Part shown: piece after piece, positions 1 to 9,933 of the stretch
How positions within the stretch are numbered: position 1 is the stretch's first letter
Layout of the letters: every line of letters starts with the position of its first letter
Assembly: GCA_011322755.1 (NCBI GenBank)
Contig: DRLZ01000201.1
Location: 3,021 to 27,020 of the forward strand
Reading direction: 5' to 3'
Source of the DNA: Crenotrichaceae bacterium
GTDB lineage: Bacteria; Pseudomonadota; Gammaproteobacteria; Methylococcales; DRLZ01
DNA length: 24,000 nt
Made by a program: the position numbers and the translations under genes
Notes under the pieces: generated by a model
Told to the model about the DNA's origin: nothing
What the model saw: the letters and a program-made list of their open reading frames with translations, nothing else
Databases searched by the model: none

Positions 1-19
1 CTTTGGAGCAAGATGCATC

Positions 20-409
20 ATGAATGACCGCTGGAGTACCCAAAAAACCAATTTTTCAATCAACAGTATTCTCAATACAATCGAACCAGCTGTACGCCTT
101 GTAACCGGGATCGTACTCATACTCATTTCCTGTGCATTGACTTACTGGTTGATCACCTCATTATATCTTTTATGGGATACGCCAGAAGATGTTGGCATGA
201 TCAGATTTTTTGAACGCTTGTCAGCTGGTGACAATGTGCTGGTGTTGCCTGCAGGGATTGTTGAGTTCCCGCATGCCTGGACTATTGTAATCGGTGTTTT
301 CTTTTGTATTTTGTTAATGAGTATTGTTGCGACACTGGTAACTGCATTATTTCGAGAAGCATTTCGTATTCTGTTTCCATCACAGAGAGAAGCAACGAGT
401 GACAGTTAG
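20..409 (+). CDS. Hypothetical small integral membrane protein (2 predicted TM segments)
   Basis: The 129-aa ORF has two long hydrophobic stretches (VTGIVLILISCALTYWLITSLYLLW and WTIVIGVFFCILLMSIVATLVTALF). A GGAG lies about 11 nt upstream of the ATG. I recognise no family. Confidence 0.45.
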   Translation: MNDRWSTQKTNFSINSILNTIEPAVRLVTGIVLILISCALTYWLITSLYLLWDTPEDVGMIRFFERLSAGDNVLVLPAGIVEFPHAWTIVIGVFFCILLMSIVATLVTALFREAFRILFPSQREATSDS

Positions 410-423
410 ATCGTCACATGAAT

Positions 424-1386
424 TTATTTTTGAAGCTGGTGTTCTGCAAAGTACGAAGAACGAACCATTGGACCGCTGGCAACATATTTGAATCCGATAC
501 GTTTGGCAAAATCGGCCAGTTGGTCAAATTCCTCGGGTGACAGGTAGTGCTTAACAGCGAGATGATGGTGACTTGGTTGTAAATACTGCCCCAAGGTTAA
601 CATATCGCAATGATGTTGTTTTAGGTCAGAAATGACCGTTTCTACTTCTTCAATTGTTTCCCCCAATCCAAGCATCAGCCCGGATTTCGACAGTACATCT
701 GGATATCTTGTTTTAAATATTTTCAGTAATTCCAATGATTGCTGGTAATCCGCACCAGGGCGACATTGCAGATAAAGTCGTGGAACTGTTTCCAGATTAT
801 GGTTAAAAATATCAGGTAGATTGTTTTCAAAACACTGCATTGCTACTTCTACCCGTTTTCGAAAATCAGGAACAAGAATTTCAATTCGTGTCTTAGTGTC
901 CTGTTTACGAATCTGTTTAATGCAGTCGGCAAAGTGTTGTGCGCCTGCATCGCGTAGGTCGTCCCGGTTGACTGAGGTAATCACAACATGTCGTAGTTGT
1001 AGCGCATTGACAGCGGCTGCAAGCTTTTCCGGTTCTTTTGTGTCGGGCGGTTGTGGGCGGCCATGTGCCACATCGCAAAATGGGCAGCGTCGCGTACATA
1101 AATCACCCAGAATCATAAATGTAGCGGTCGAGCGATTAAAACACTCACCAAGATTGGGACAGGCTGCTTCTTCACAAACGCTATGTAATTGATGTTTGCG
1201 TAAAATGCTTTTTACAGCGGTTACCTTTGAACCTGTTGGTAATTGAGAACGTATCCAGTCGGGTTTGCGGAGTAACGGGGTGGTCGTTTCAACCTTAATC
1301 GGTATGCGGGACAGTTTATCCCTGTTGCGCAGATGCGTCTCTGGCGTGGATCGTGACGGTGCTTGATGTTCACTAAAATCGGACAT
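424..1386 (-). CDS. lipA: Lipoyl synthase (radical SAM)
   Basis: The 320-aa product carries the N-terminal auxiliary cluster motif [12 protein letters not shown] and the radical-SAM motif [10 protein letters not shown]. Length and overall sequence are typical of LipA. Confidence 0.95.
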   Translation of the reverse strand: MSDFSEHQAPSRSTPETHLRNRDKLSRIPIKVETTTPLLRKPDWIRSQLPTGSKVTAVKSILRKHQLHSVCEEAACPNLGECFNRSTATFMILGDLCTRRCPFCDVAHGRPQPPDTKEPEKLAAAVNALQLRHVVITSVNRDDLRDAGAQHFADCIKQIRKQDTKTRIEILVPDFRKRVEVAMQCFENNLPDIFNHNLETVPRLYLQCRPGADYQQSLELLKIFKTRYPDVLSKSGLMLGLGETIEEVETVISDLKQHHCDMLTLGQYLQPSHHHLAVKHYLSPEEFDQLADFAKRIGFKYVASGPMVRSSYFAEHQLQK

Positions 1387-1533
1387 TGTTGCCTATAAAA
1401 GTATAAGTGACTTCGTTAACAGGAAGCCAGTTGACAGACGCAGTGTACGTCTATCTCAGAACCTGATTCAAGATTTGACAAGCATGTATTCCATTATGGC
1501 ATTAACGATGGAATAGATCTGTCTACTTGTATG

Positions 1534-2103
1534 TTACGAGTGGTTGGAATGCTGAATGGGTGCAGCAAAAGATCGTAAACCGAAATGTATCATAACGATC
1601 AGACTGGAATAAACTAATGTCGATAACAAATATGGCGAATAATACGGAGCGACACGTGTAAAATAGTCAGTCAATACTAAATCACTGAAACGCCCGGAAA
1701 ATAAATAAAAACTGATATTGGAAATCAGGAAAGCAATTGTTGTTGCTGTAATGAGTAGTCCGGTGGATTGAACGAATCCACGTGTGGAGAGCAAATTGAG
1801 GTGAGTACAAAAAAATCCTGATGCCCACATAACGCCATAGGTTGGAATAAGAAACACGTATGCTGGAGAGATGCAGTAACTACTGACACCAGCATATTCA
1901 ATGGCAATAAAATCGATTAATGCTGCTTCAAGTAACAAGATGACAAACCATTTTATTTTGCGGAGATAGATCCCCCCAAAAAAGAATACGGCCAGGGATG
2001 CATCAGGTAAAGTAGCAACAGAGCCAAAATGATTAAACCGGGTTGCAAGCATTAACAGACACAAGCCGGTTAATGCCCATCCTGGATTTTTTAATGCTGA
2101 CAT
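1534..2103 (-). CDS. btuM: BtuM-like solitary (ECF S-component-like) cobalamin transporter candidate; polytopic membrane protein
   Basis: A ~190-aa protein with about 6 TM segments lies 54 nt downstream of btuB on the same strand, under the same B12 riboswitch. The ORF track starts at a GTG (2112). The ATG at 2103 is preceded by AAGGTG at good spacing, so I prefer it. The protein contains the His, Asp and Cys residues (RFNHFG, LIDFIA, SSYCISP) that, as I recall, are important in Thiobacillus BtuM. The family call comes from context plus memory, not from an alignment. Confidence 0.55.
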   Translation of the reverse strand: MSALKNPGWALTGLCLLMLATRFNHFGSVATLPDASLAVFFFGGIYLRKIKWFVILLLEAALIDFIAIEYAGVSSYCISPAYVFLIPTYGVMWASGFFCTHLNLLSTRGFVQSTGLLITATTIAFLISNISFYLFSGRFSDLVLTDYFTRVAPYYSPYLLSTLVYSSLIVMIHFGLRSFAAPIQHSNHS

Positions 2104-2166
2104 GGAAAACACCTTTAGAAATTATCGGGATTATCCACACTGTAACAAAAAATTGACGATCAATCT

Positions 2167-4068
2167 CTAAAAACCTTGCGGAGTATAGCGTAGTGTAAAG
2201 AGAAAATTTCGATCATCCTGATTAAAATACCGTACTTTCTCATATTTTTTATCTAACAGATTACCAACTTTAGCCTGAATCACCCAATCAGGATGTGGTC
2301 GATATTCTCCGCGCAAATCGACAGTGACAAAGCCACCAACGCGGGTGCTGTTAAACGCATTATCAAAGCGTCGACTTTCACCACGAACAGTTGTGCCAAG
2401 TGTAAATGAGCCGATACGATAGTTTCCAAGGCTTCGATCCAGATTAAAAGTAAACATTCGTTCAGGGCGTCTCGGTAACACATTGCCATGTGTTGCTCCA
2501 GAGCTGCGGTCTGTTGGATCAATTAACGACACATTTGCAGCGATCTCAAATCCGTATAGATGTGTTGATGCGGTTAATTCCAGACCGCGAATACGTGCAT
2601 CAGAAACGTTGGCGGATGTAAATGGGGATGTGACGTCAGCAGGATCAAGCTGCACAGTAGAGATCAAATTGTTTACCCATGTCCAGTACCCATTGACAGA
2701 CCAGTCAATATGATAATGTGAGCCACGAATTTGTAACTCAACACTTTGAGACTTTTCTGGATTCAGGTTGGGGTTGGATTTAAAAAACTGGCTGTCTGGA
2801 AAATACAGTTCATTAAACGAAGGCGCTTTAAATGCACTCCCGTAGGAACCAATCACTTTAATACCACTATCAAAACGATAGCCAATCGCGATGTCACCAG
2901 TCAGATTATTGCCGAATTGCTCATTGTTATCCAGACGAATACCAGCGAGCCAGTCAACTGCTGCATAACGACCCTGATATTGAAAGAAGCCGGCCTTATT
3001 GTCACGACTTTTTTCTGAATAGTTTGTTGTACCGCCAACCAGATCATTCCAGTATTCAAAGCCCGTGGTTAACTCATGATCATCATTTACGCGATAGTTG
3101 ACCTGGGTTAGGGTGCTGACTCTGCGTGTTACAAATGAACCGGTGAATTTGCCATTATTAAAATTGTCGCTTTCATCTTTACTGCGCCCGCCAGATATGG
3201 AAATATCCAGTTGATCTGTTGGTGTGAGAGTAAGCTTTCCTCCGTATACCTGATTGACCGTTTTGCCGCGATTCTGAAAGCTGCCATCAAATTTTGTATT
3301 GCCATTTGTTTGTAAAAAATTACCTTCAAGTTTAGCAAAATCATTAAATGTATAACCTAGTTGGGCTGAACCGGCGGTTCTTAAATAACCATCGTTGTCT
3401 GGTTCATTGTCAAAACACCCTGCTTTATTCAGAATTCCTGAACAGGCGTTAAAACCATTGGTATGATAGTGACTGGCGTTGAGGCTAAACGAGAGATTAT
3501 TGATACTGCCTGATACACCGCCTGCAGCACGATAGGTTTTATCGGATCCACCTCCAACGATAGCGTAAGGCTTGATGGCATCAGTTTTTTGTCGGGTAAA
3601 AATCTGAATCACTCCACCGATTGCCTCAGAACCATACAAGCTGGCACGCGGTCCCCGCACAATTTCGATGCGATCGATCAGTTCGATTGGTAATTGTTCA
3701 ATCGCAGCTGATGCAGTTGTTGCAGAAGCAACGCGTTGCCCGTCAATTAACACCAGAACATGATCAGAATTGGTGCCACGCAGAAAGATCGAGCTGACTT
3801 TGCCTTGTCCGCCACTATTGGCAATACTGATACCAGGCGTTCGTTGTAAAGCATCCTGAACTGAAGTGACCTGCCAGCGCTCGATGTCTTCACGGGTAAT
3901 CACAGATACTGGTGATAGTGAGGCGTTTGTGGATATGGCTGTTCGCGTTGCTGTGACAAACATCGTATCCAGTGTTGTGACATTGTTGGATGATGCTGCT
4001 GCATAAACAGTGGTTGTTGATAAAGATATAGCACTTAACAAGACGTTAAGAAATTGATGGCGATTCAC
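2167..4068 (-). CDS. btuB: TonB-dependent outer-membrane vitamin B12 receptor
   Basis: The 633-aa product has a signal peptide (…TTTVYAAA), a TonB box (DTMFVTATR), a plug domain and a beta-barrel. The C-terminus (TLRYTPQGF) ends in the usual aromatic residue. The start is GTG at 4068, with GGAG 8 nt upstream. A cobalamin riboswitch lies directly upstream. Confidence 0.9.
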   Translation of the reverse strand: MNRHQFLNVLLSAISLSTTTVYAAASSNNVTTLDTMFVTATRTAISTNASLSPVSVITREDIERWQVTSVQDALQRTPGISIANSGGQGKVSSIFLRGTNSDHVLVLIDGQRVASATTASAAIEQLPIELIDRIEIVRGPRASLYGSEAIGGVIQIFTRQKTDAIKPYAIVGGGSDKTYRAAGGVSGSINNLSFSLNASHYHTNGFNACSGILNKAGCFDNEPDNDGYLRTAGSAQLGYTFNDFAKLEGNFLQTNGNTKFDGSFQNRGKTVNQVYGGKLTLTPTDQLDISISGGRSKDESDNFNNGKFTGSFVTRRVSTLTQVNYRVNDDHELTTGFEYWNDLVGGTTNYSEKSRDNKAGFFQYQGRYAAVDWLAGIRLDNNEQFGNNLTGDIAIGYRFDSGIKVIGSYGSAFKAPSFNELYFPDSQFFKSNPNLNPEKSQSVELQIRGSHYHIDWSVNGYWTWVNNLISTVQLDPADVTSPFTSANVSDARIRGLELTASTHLYGFEIAANVSLIDPTDRSSGATHGNVLPRRPERMFTFNLDRSLGNYRIGSFTLGTTVRGESRRFDNAFNSTRVGGFVTVDLRGEYRPHPDWVIQAKVGNLLDKKYEKVRYFNQDDRNFLFTLRYTPQGF

Positions 4069-4249
4069 TAAAGTTACTCCGCAGGTTCCGGTTTGACAGG
4101 AAAAATTTTGTTAAAAATAGCGGAGGAATAGGAGAGGCGTGGTTAAACTCCGCAGAAAGGTGACGAAAACACAGAGAATACCTATTAGGTATGGTGAAAT
4201 TATTATTCACCGATACAGACGAACCTTCCAGTACCGCCCTCCGCAGTAC

Positions 4250-4470
4250 GAAAATACAAGTCTCCAGGCCGGTCTCCGGACTTGTGTGGGGATGTTTAAT
4301 CCTAGTGAATAGCCTTCCCACATTGATGCAGTGGCATACATATTCACAAAAACCTGTTTCTGAAACGACGTTCAGAATTTCAAATATCACACACTTACCG
4401 TTGCGGGGGCAGCGTCGGCTTCGAACCGACTTCCCGATTATTCCGACGAATGTCGGACACCTGGCAAACA
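4250..4470 (-). promoter_or_regulatory. Cobalamin (B12) riboswitch aptamer in the btuB leader
   Basis: Read on the minus strand, the 5' part is GGTGTCCGACATTCGTCGGAATAATCGGGAAGTCGGTTCGAAGCCGACGCTGCCCCCGCAACGGTAAG. Further 3' come GCCACTG…GGGAAGGC and the B12 box AGTCCGGAGACCGGCC (plus-strand 4267-4282). All of these match the conserved core of the cobalamin riboswitch class. Confidence 0.9.
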
Positions 4471-4864
4471 GCAAAGCAGTCTAATACAGAATGTTTGTTG
4501 TGTCAAAAGGCACACCGGATGAGCGTATTATAATGATTAGAAATCAGGTGTAATGAATAACGCATTTAAAAATATTATTGTTATTTTGTATATGAGTAAT
4601 CGAAAATAGGACATATCGTTAATTGATATAAATAAAACTGTACTTTTTCTGTTATGCGCATACTATTTGCCTATCCAGTCAGCTATGTCTTTGATGTCTG
4701 GAATCTTTATGGGGTTACTAACAACCTGCGGTTACTGTGTTGGGTGGCGCTCTGAATCCTCATGTATGATTTCTACGTGGTTTTCATGCGTCTTTTGCTT
4801 TGTTTTGGCGCTGCAGAGTGTTTATATATTTTCCATTTAATAAATCTGAGGAGGAGTATCCATC

Positions 4865-5989
4865 ATGAGTTTTAATCTAATCGATGTGATTAAAGATCAA
4901 CTAAGTGAACAAGTATTAGATCAGGTAGGCAGTCTGTTGGGAGGTGATTCAAATCAGCTCAGTTCAGCAGTCGGAAGTGCAATTCCAGGTCTCTTGAGTG
5001 GGCTGATAAATCTGGGTGCCGATGCAACAAGCGCAAATGCAATGGTCAGCGCAATCAATAATCAAGATGACAGTATTCTGGATAATCTTGGCGATCTTCT
5101 GAGTAGCAAAGAAAGCCAGGAATCTTTGCTGGAATCAGGATCCAGTCTACTTTCCTCGTTACTCGGCAATAATGCGCTTGGTAACTTGGCAAGTGCAATC
5201 AGTGGATTCAGCGGGCTTGGAAGCAATTCAAGCAAATCTCTGCTAGGATTGATCGCCCCCGTTGTTTTTAGTGTAATTAAGCGCAAATTAATTGGTAGTG
5301 GCGGTTTAAATGTCAACAGTTTAATGGATATGTTTAATGGGCAAAAAGATAATATCGTTGCAGCTATGCCTGCTGGTTTTAAACAGCAGCTAAAATCATC
5401 TGGTTTTATGGGTGACTTTTCAGAGACTCTTAATGATGCGACTGAAAATCTCAGCGATGTTGCGGAGCAAGCGACTTCCTCTGGTGCTGCGTGGCTTTCC
5501 AGACTTATTCCTCTCGTTATTTTTCTTGGTGTTATTTGGTTTGCCTACAACCAGTTTCTCAAGAGTGAAATCGAAATTCCTGAGATTAAGTCGGAACCAG
5601 TTGTTGATAATTCAGTGGAACTGCAAACAAAAGCGATCAAACCGGCAGCTGTTCGTACAACTGGTAGTGTTAGACCAGTAAGTAATGTAAAAGAGGAATT
5701 GAGTGTTATTCTTGGCTCTGTTACCAGTTCGCTTGGTTCGATTACAGATGTAGAGTCGGCAGAGCAAGCGATCCCTCAGCTAAGTGTTGCCAGTGAAAAA
5801 CTTGGTGGCTTGGTAAACATGGTAAACAAGCTGCCAGACGCTGCGAGAACACCAATACAACAGATTATTTCTGGAGATGTGCCGCAGATACAGGCCATGG
5901 TTGATAAAGTGAGTGCTATTCCAGGAGTCGGACCTGTTATACAGCCAGTAGTGGATACTTTACTTGAAAAGCTGGCATTATTTGAATAA
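4865..5989 (+). CDS. DUF937-like domain membrane protein (N-terminal DUF937-type region, one TM, C-terminal extracytoplasmic region)
   Basis: The 374-aa ORF has a strong SD (GAGGAGG) before the ATG. The N-terminus (LIDVIKDQLSEQVLDQVGSLLGGDSNQLSSAVGSAIPGLLSGL) resembles the DUF937 family pattern. A single TM segment is present (WLSRLIPLVIFLGVIWFAY). Confidence 0.6.
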   Translation: MSFNLIDVIKDQLSEQVLDQVGSLLGGDSNQLSSAVGSAIPGLLSGLINLGADATSANAMVSAINNQDDSILDNLGDLLSSKESQESLLESGSSLLSSLLGNNALGNLASAISGFSGLGSNSSKSLLGLIAPVVFSVIKRKLIGSGGLNVNSLMDMFNGQKDNIVAAMPAGFKQQLKSSGFMGDFSETLNDATENLSDVAEQATSSGAAWLSRLIPLVIFLGVIWFAYNQFLKSEIEIPEIKSEPVVDNSVELQTKAIKPAAVRTTGSVRPVSNVKEELSVILGSVTSSLGSITDVESAEQAIPQLSVASEKLGGLVNMVNKLPDAARTPIQQIISGDVPQIQAMVDKVSAIPGVGPVIQPVVDTLLEKLALFE

Positions 5990-6004
5990 ATCGACGCACG
6001 AATG

Positions 6005-6037
6005 CCCTGACTTCTTTATGCGGAGAAGAAGCCAGGG
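6005..6037. terminator. Imperfect hairpin downstream of the DUF937 gene (possible terminator)
   Basis: CCCTGACTTCTT (6005-6016) pairs with AAGAAGCCAGGG (6026-6037) with one mismatch. No clear T-tract follows, so this is weak. Confidence 0.25.
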
Positions 6038-6161
6038 TGCTTCAAAGCATCGTTTGTTACTGTCAATATGCAGGGTGAAGCATCTGTCTCGGTGAGCGAA
6101 TGCTATTTTGATAATAAAAGCACTGCAAAATAGTAACCAACTTACGTTATTAACTTTTTCT

Positions 6162-6335
6162 TTATTCCTTTAGAGTACAGGAATGATGATAAGGGCTTAC
6201 TTCGGCGCAACTGGTTATGTCGGGGTAATGTCTGCACTCGCCAGCTCGTGGGCCATTGTCATTCACACAGTCATTGCCACACCCGGTGACGGTTAAAACT
6301 ATCATAAACATTGTAATCTTTATTAGAATTTTCAT
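6162..6335 (-). CDS. Small cysteine-rich putative lipoprotein (57 aa)
   Basis: The internal ATG at 6335 has GGAG 5 nt upstream. The product, MKILIKITMFMIVLTVTGC…, has a lipobox-like LTVTG|C. The mature part (~38 aa) has four further Cys and three His. The longer ORF-track start (6398) would overlap the 3' end of metG, so I disfavour it. Confidence 0.45.
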   Translation of the reverse strand: MKILIKITMFMIVLTVTGCGNDCVNDNGPRAGECRHYPDITSCAEVSPYHHSCTLKE

Positions 6336-6363
6336 AATGACTCCGAATATAATTTCTGTCAGT

Positions 6364-8433
6364 TTATTGTATTCGCATTCCAGGTTTTGCTCCTTCATCG
6401 GGTTCTAATAGAAAAATATCTGATCCACCAGGACCGGCTGCTAACACCATACCTTCAGAGACTCCGAATCTCATTTTTCTGGGCTTCAGATTAGCAACCA
6501 TAACAGTCAGGCTGCCTTCAAGATCTTCGGGTGCGTATGCTGTTTTTATTCCGGCAAAGACTTGCCTTGTTTCACCGCCGAGATCAAGTGTAAGTTTGAG
6601 TAATTTCTTGGTACCTTTTACCTGTTCAGCCTTGACTATTTTAACCACTCTCAAATCAATCTTGGTGAAGTCTTTATAGTCTATTATTTCTGCTAATGGT
6701 TCATCCTGCTGTATTTCAGGTGTCACTATAGTTTTCTCAGGCTGAGTACTGGGTTGCGAAATGACTTCAGCCTTTGGGGCTTCTTCCTGTTTGATTTCTT
6801 TTTCAATGCCTAGCATGGCATCAATATCATCTTTATTGACCCGCATCATCAATGGGTTAAAGGTGTTGATAACATGATCAACTAATGGTTTGGTATCAGT
6901 AGGCCAGGATTGTGCGTCGATGTTGAGAAACTGCTCTGTGGCAATCGCCGTCTCCGGGAGTACTGGACGTAAATAAGCCATGAGAATTCTGAACAAATTG
7001 ATGCCCATGCTACAAATTTCTATGAGCTCCTGGTTTCTCTCGGAATCCTTTGCGATTACCCAGGGTTTTTTCTCGTCAATATATTGATTTGCCTGATCTG
7101 CGAGCTCCATAATTTTACGCATTGCTTTTGCGTATTCGCGTGTTTCGTAGGAGCCTGCAATTTCAAATTGCGCATTGACGAATGAGCGGAATAATTCTGG
7201 CTCGCAACAGTTTTCAGAGAGTGTGTTGTCTCCTCGCTTTTTGATAAATCCACTACACCTGCTGGCAATATTAACGACTTTGCCAACCAGATCTGAGTTA
7301 ATGCGTTGAGTAAAGTCATCAAAACTCATATCAAGATCGTCTACACCATTGTTCAGTCTAGCGGCAAAATAATAACGTAGATGTTCAGATTTTAAATGAT
7401 CTAAGTACTGTCGAGCGGTAATAAATGTCCCTCGTGACTTGGACATTTTGTGTCCATCAATTGTTAAAAACCCATGTGCAAACACACCATTCGGTGTTTT
7501 GTAACCTGCACCGCTTAACATTGCTGGCCAGAATAATGCGTGGAAATTGATAATATCCTTGCCGATAAAATGATACAGTTCAGTGTCACTTGCTGATTTC
7601 CAGTATTCATCGAAGTCTAGCCCTTCTCGATCACACAACGCTTGAAAACTTGCCATATAACCGATTGGAGCATCCAGCCAGACATAAAAGTATTTTCCGG
7701 GAGCGTCTGGAATTTCAAAACCGAAATAGGGTGCGTCTCTGGAAATATCCCACTCTTCCAATCCAGTTGTTAACCATTCATCAATCTTGTTTGCCATCTC
7801 TGGTTGTAAATGACCTGCATGCGTCCATTCCTTCAGCATGTCTGTAAATTCAGGCAATTTGAAAAAATAATGTAGCGAGCTTTTTTCGACAGGTGTCGCA
7901 CCAGAAACAGCCGATACAGGATTTTTAAGATCACTGGGTGAGTAAGTGGCACTGCAGACCTCGCAATTATCGCCATGTTGGTCGGCAGCACCGCAACGCG
8001 GGCATTCGCCTTTGATAAAGCGGTCTGGAAGAAACATATTCTTCTCGGGATCAAAGAGCTGGGTGATTGTTCTGGTCGCAATCAAATCCTTATCGCGTAA
8101 TTGTTTGTAGATTTGCGCGGAGAGTTCTCTGTTTTCATCAGAATGTGTGCTGTGATAGTGATCAAACGCAACGCTAAAATCATTAAAGTCAGCAATGTGA
8201 TCTTTTGCTACTTGTTCGATAAGCTGTTCCGGTTCGATTTTTTCTTCTTGAGCCTTCAGCATAATTGCGGTTCCATGTGCATCATCTGCACACACATAAT
8301 GACAGGTATGTCCGCATTGTTTCTGGAAGCGAACCCAGATGTCAGTTTGAATATATTCGACCAAGTGTCCTAAATGAATAGGGCCATTGGCGTAAGGAAG
8401 TGCACTGGTAACGAGTATTTTTCTTGATGACAT
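6364..8433 (-). CDS. metG: Methionine--tRNA ligase with C-terminal EMAP/Trbp111-like tRNA-binding domain
   Basis: The product has the HIGH motif (PIHLGH), KMSKS, and the zinc knuckle [17 protein letters not shown]. The C-terminal domain reads [14 protein letters not shown]…GMRIQ. I prefer the start at [17 protein letters not shown] (8433) over the 30-codon upstream extension. Confidence 0.95.
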   Translation of the reverse strand: MSSRKILVTSALPYANGPIHLGHLVEYIQTDIWVRFQKQCGHTCHYVCADDAHGTAIMLKAQEEKIEPEQLIEQVAKDHIADFNDFSVAFDHYHSTHSDENRELSAQIYKQLRDKDLIATRTITQLFDPEKNMFLPDRFIKGECPRCGAADQHGDNCEVCSATYSPSDLKNPVSAVSGATPVEKSSLHYFFKLPEFTDMLKEWTHAGHLQPEMANKIDEWLTTGLEEWDISRDAPYFGFEIPDAPGKYFYVWLDAPIGYMASFQALCDREGLDFDEYWKSASDTELYHFIGKDIINFHALFWPAMLSGAGYKTPNGVFAHGFLTIDGHKMSKSRGTFITARQYLDHLKSEHLRYYFAARLNNGVDDLDMSFDDFTQRINSDLVGKVVNIASRCSGFIKKRGDNTLSENCCEPELFRSFVNAQFEIAGSYETREYAKAMRKIMELADQANQYIDEKKPWVIAKDSERNQELIEICSMGINLFRILMAYLRPVLPETAIATEQFLNIDAQSWPTDTKPLVDHVINTFNPLMMRVNKDDIDAMLGIEKEIKQEEAPKAEVISQPSTQPEKTIVTPEIQQDEPLAEIIDYKDFTKIDLRVVKIVKAEQVKGTKKLLKLTLDLGGETRQVFAGIKTAYAPEDLEGSLTVMVANLKPRKMRFGVSEGMVLAAGPGGSDIFLLEPDEGAKPGMRIQ

Positions 8434-8803
8434 AATATAATTCTTGTGTTGTTTACTAAAATACCGACGCTTGATGCTTGCCGGGGTGGTAAGGGTAATT
8501 GACCACGTTGTCGCTATCTCCACGAGCGAGTAGCAACATTATTTTCCTCATTATTATCTGAACTAACATATCAGATTAGAGATCAACAATGTACCTACTT
8601 GATGATTTCTGCAATGAGGCTTGTCAATAGCGGGCATTGGTAGACAGCCCTTATAAAGACAGATTTCATAATTTTTCAGAATCACACGAAATTATAAAGC
8701 AGACGGCTTTTTCGGATGGAAACGGAAAAACCCAGTAGAATAACTGGCATTGGGTTTTCAAGCAAATAAGCATGCTAGATCCGGTCAGGAGGCCGGGCAT
8801 ATA

Positions 8804-9898
8804 ATGACACTGAATACACAGCAAATAGAACAAAAACTGGCTGAAATTAACACTCCTTATACACAAACTGACCTTGTTTCATCGCATTCGGTTGAATCGA
8901 TTGACATTGATCTTGCAACTGGACAGTTGATAGTGAATCTGCAACTGGGATACCCGTGTAATGGTTTTAAAGATGAGCTAATAACCTCTGTAAAACAATC
9001 GCTTGAGTGTATTTCTGAGGTTGATAAAATCACTGTTAATGTGCGCTCGAATATTGTTCCACATGCAGTGCAAAATGAGTTAAAACCGATGCAGAACATC
9101 AAAAATGTGATTGCTATTGCATCTGGAAAAGGCGGTGTTGGTAAATCCACCACTGCAGTCAATCTTGCATTGTCATTGTCGTCTGATGGAGCGCGAGTTG
9201 GGATTCTTGATGCTGACATCTATGGACCAAGCCAGCCGCGTATGCTGGGCTTGTCCGGACCACCTCAGAGTCCAGACAATAAGCACATGCAGCCCAAACA
9301 AGCCTATGGCATCCAGACCATGTCGATCGGATATTTGATTGAAGAAGATACGCCGATGATCTGGCGTGGTCCGATGGTAACTTCTGCTTTGCAGCAGCTG
9401 TGTGATGACACGTTGTGGGATAATCTTGATTATTTGATTGTAGATTTACCGCCAGGAACAGGAGATATCCAGTTAACACTGTGTCAGAAAATTCCGGTGA
9501 GTGGTGCGGTCATTGTGACAACACCACAGGACATTGCTTTGCTGGATGCAAAAAAAGGCTTGAAGATGTTCGAAAAAGTGGATGTGTCAGTGCTGGGAAT
9601 CATAGAAAATATGAGCATTCATGTTTGCAGTCAATGTGGGCATGAAGAGCCCATTTTCGGCACAGGTGGTGGTGAAGTAATGGCTCAGAAATATAATACA
9701 ATGTTCCTCGGTGGTGTGCCTCTTGATATTCATATTCGACAACATGTCGACCAAGGGCATCCAACTGTTGTTGCTGATCCTGATGGCTCTATTGCCCGTG
9801 CTTACGGTGATATCGCACGTCGAACAGCAGCAAACTTGTCACTACGACCGAGGGAATACCGTGGTAAATTTCCAAAAATTGTCGTAGAAAATAAATAA
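8804..9898 (+). CDS. apbC: Fe-S cluster carrier ATPase ApbC/Mrp
   Basis: The product has a deviant Walker A (ASGKGGVGKST) and the CxxC motif (CSQCGHEE). It is divergent from metG, as in enterobacteria. I prefer the start at MTLNTQQ (8804), which has GGAGG upstream. Confidence 0.92.
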   Translation: MTLNTQQIEQKLAEINTPYTQTDLVSSHSVESIDIDLATGQLIVNLQLGYPCNGFKDELITSVKQSLECISEVDKITVNVRSNIVPHAVQNELKPMQNIKNVIAIASGKGGVGKSTTAVNLALSLSSDGARVGILDADIYGPSQPRMLGLSGPPQSPDNKHMQPKQAYGIQTMSIGYLIEEDTPMIWRGPMVTSALQQLCDDTLWDNLDYLIVDLPPGTGDIQLTLCQKIPVSGAVIVTTPQDIALLDAKKGLKMFEKVDVSVLGIIENMSIHVCSQCGHEEPIFGTGGGEVMAQKYNTMFLGGVPLDIHIRQHVDQGHPTVVADPDGSIARAYGDIARRTAANLSLRPREYRGKFPKIVVENK

Positions 9899-9933
9899 TT
9901 TAATGAACACAAATACGCATAAAGGATAGTCGC

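Noticed and set aside
821-1192. Antisense or alternative-frame ORFs inside lipA (821-1192, 917-1099). Comparable nested ORFs occur inside btuB, metG, apbC, dcd, the SDR, apaH, folA and the giant gene.
   Set aside because: Each lies fully within a well-supported conserved CDS on the opposite strand or in another frame. Their composition is low-complexity and biased, they lack an RBS, and they show no family resemblance. These are typical shadow ORFs.
4414-4430. A tRNA T-arm-like hairpin GTCGG-CTTCGAA-CCGAC (GGTTCGAAGCC on the minus strand).
   Set aside because: It is a stem-loop of the riboswitch aptamer. No acceptor, D or anticodon arms surround it. I found no tRNA gene anywhere in the window.
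4046-4484. Two ORFs from the track (4046-4474 minus, 142 aa; 4191-4484 plus, 97 aa).
   Set aside because: They lie entirely over the cobalamin riboswitch and the btuB leader. The sequence there is explained by conserved RNA motifs (B12 box and others). The translations have no recognisable protein features.
8434-8523. A 30-codon N-terminal extension of metG in the ORF track ([10 protein letters not shown]…). Similar extensions occur for apbC (8750-8803) and the small lipoprotein (6336-6398).
   Set aside because: The conserved protein N-termini begin at the internal Met residues. Those internal starts have better SD sequences. The lipoprotein extension would overlap the 3' end of metG.
8727-8758. 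A hairpin, AAAACCCA…TGGGTTTT, in the apbC leader.
   Set aside because: It has only an 8-bp AT-rich stem with a 16-nt loop. There is no upstream gene to terminate and no alternative structure that I can support. The evidence for an attenuator is insufficient.
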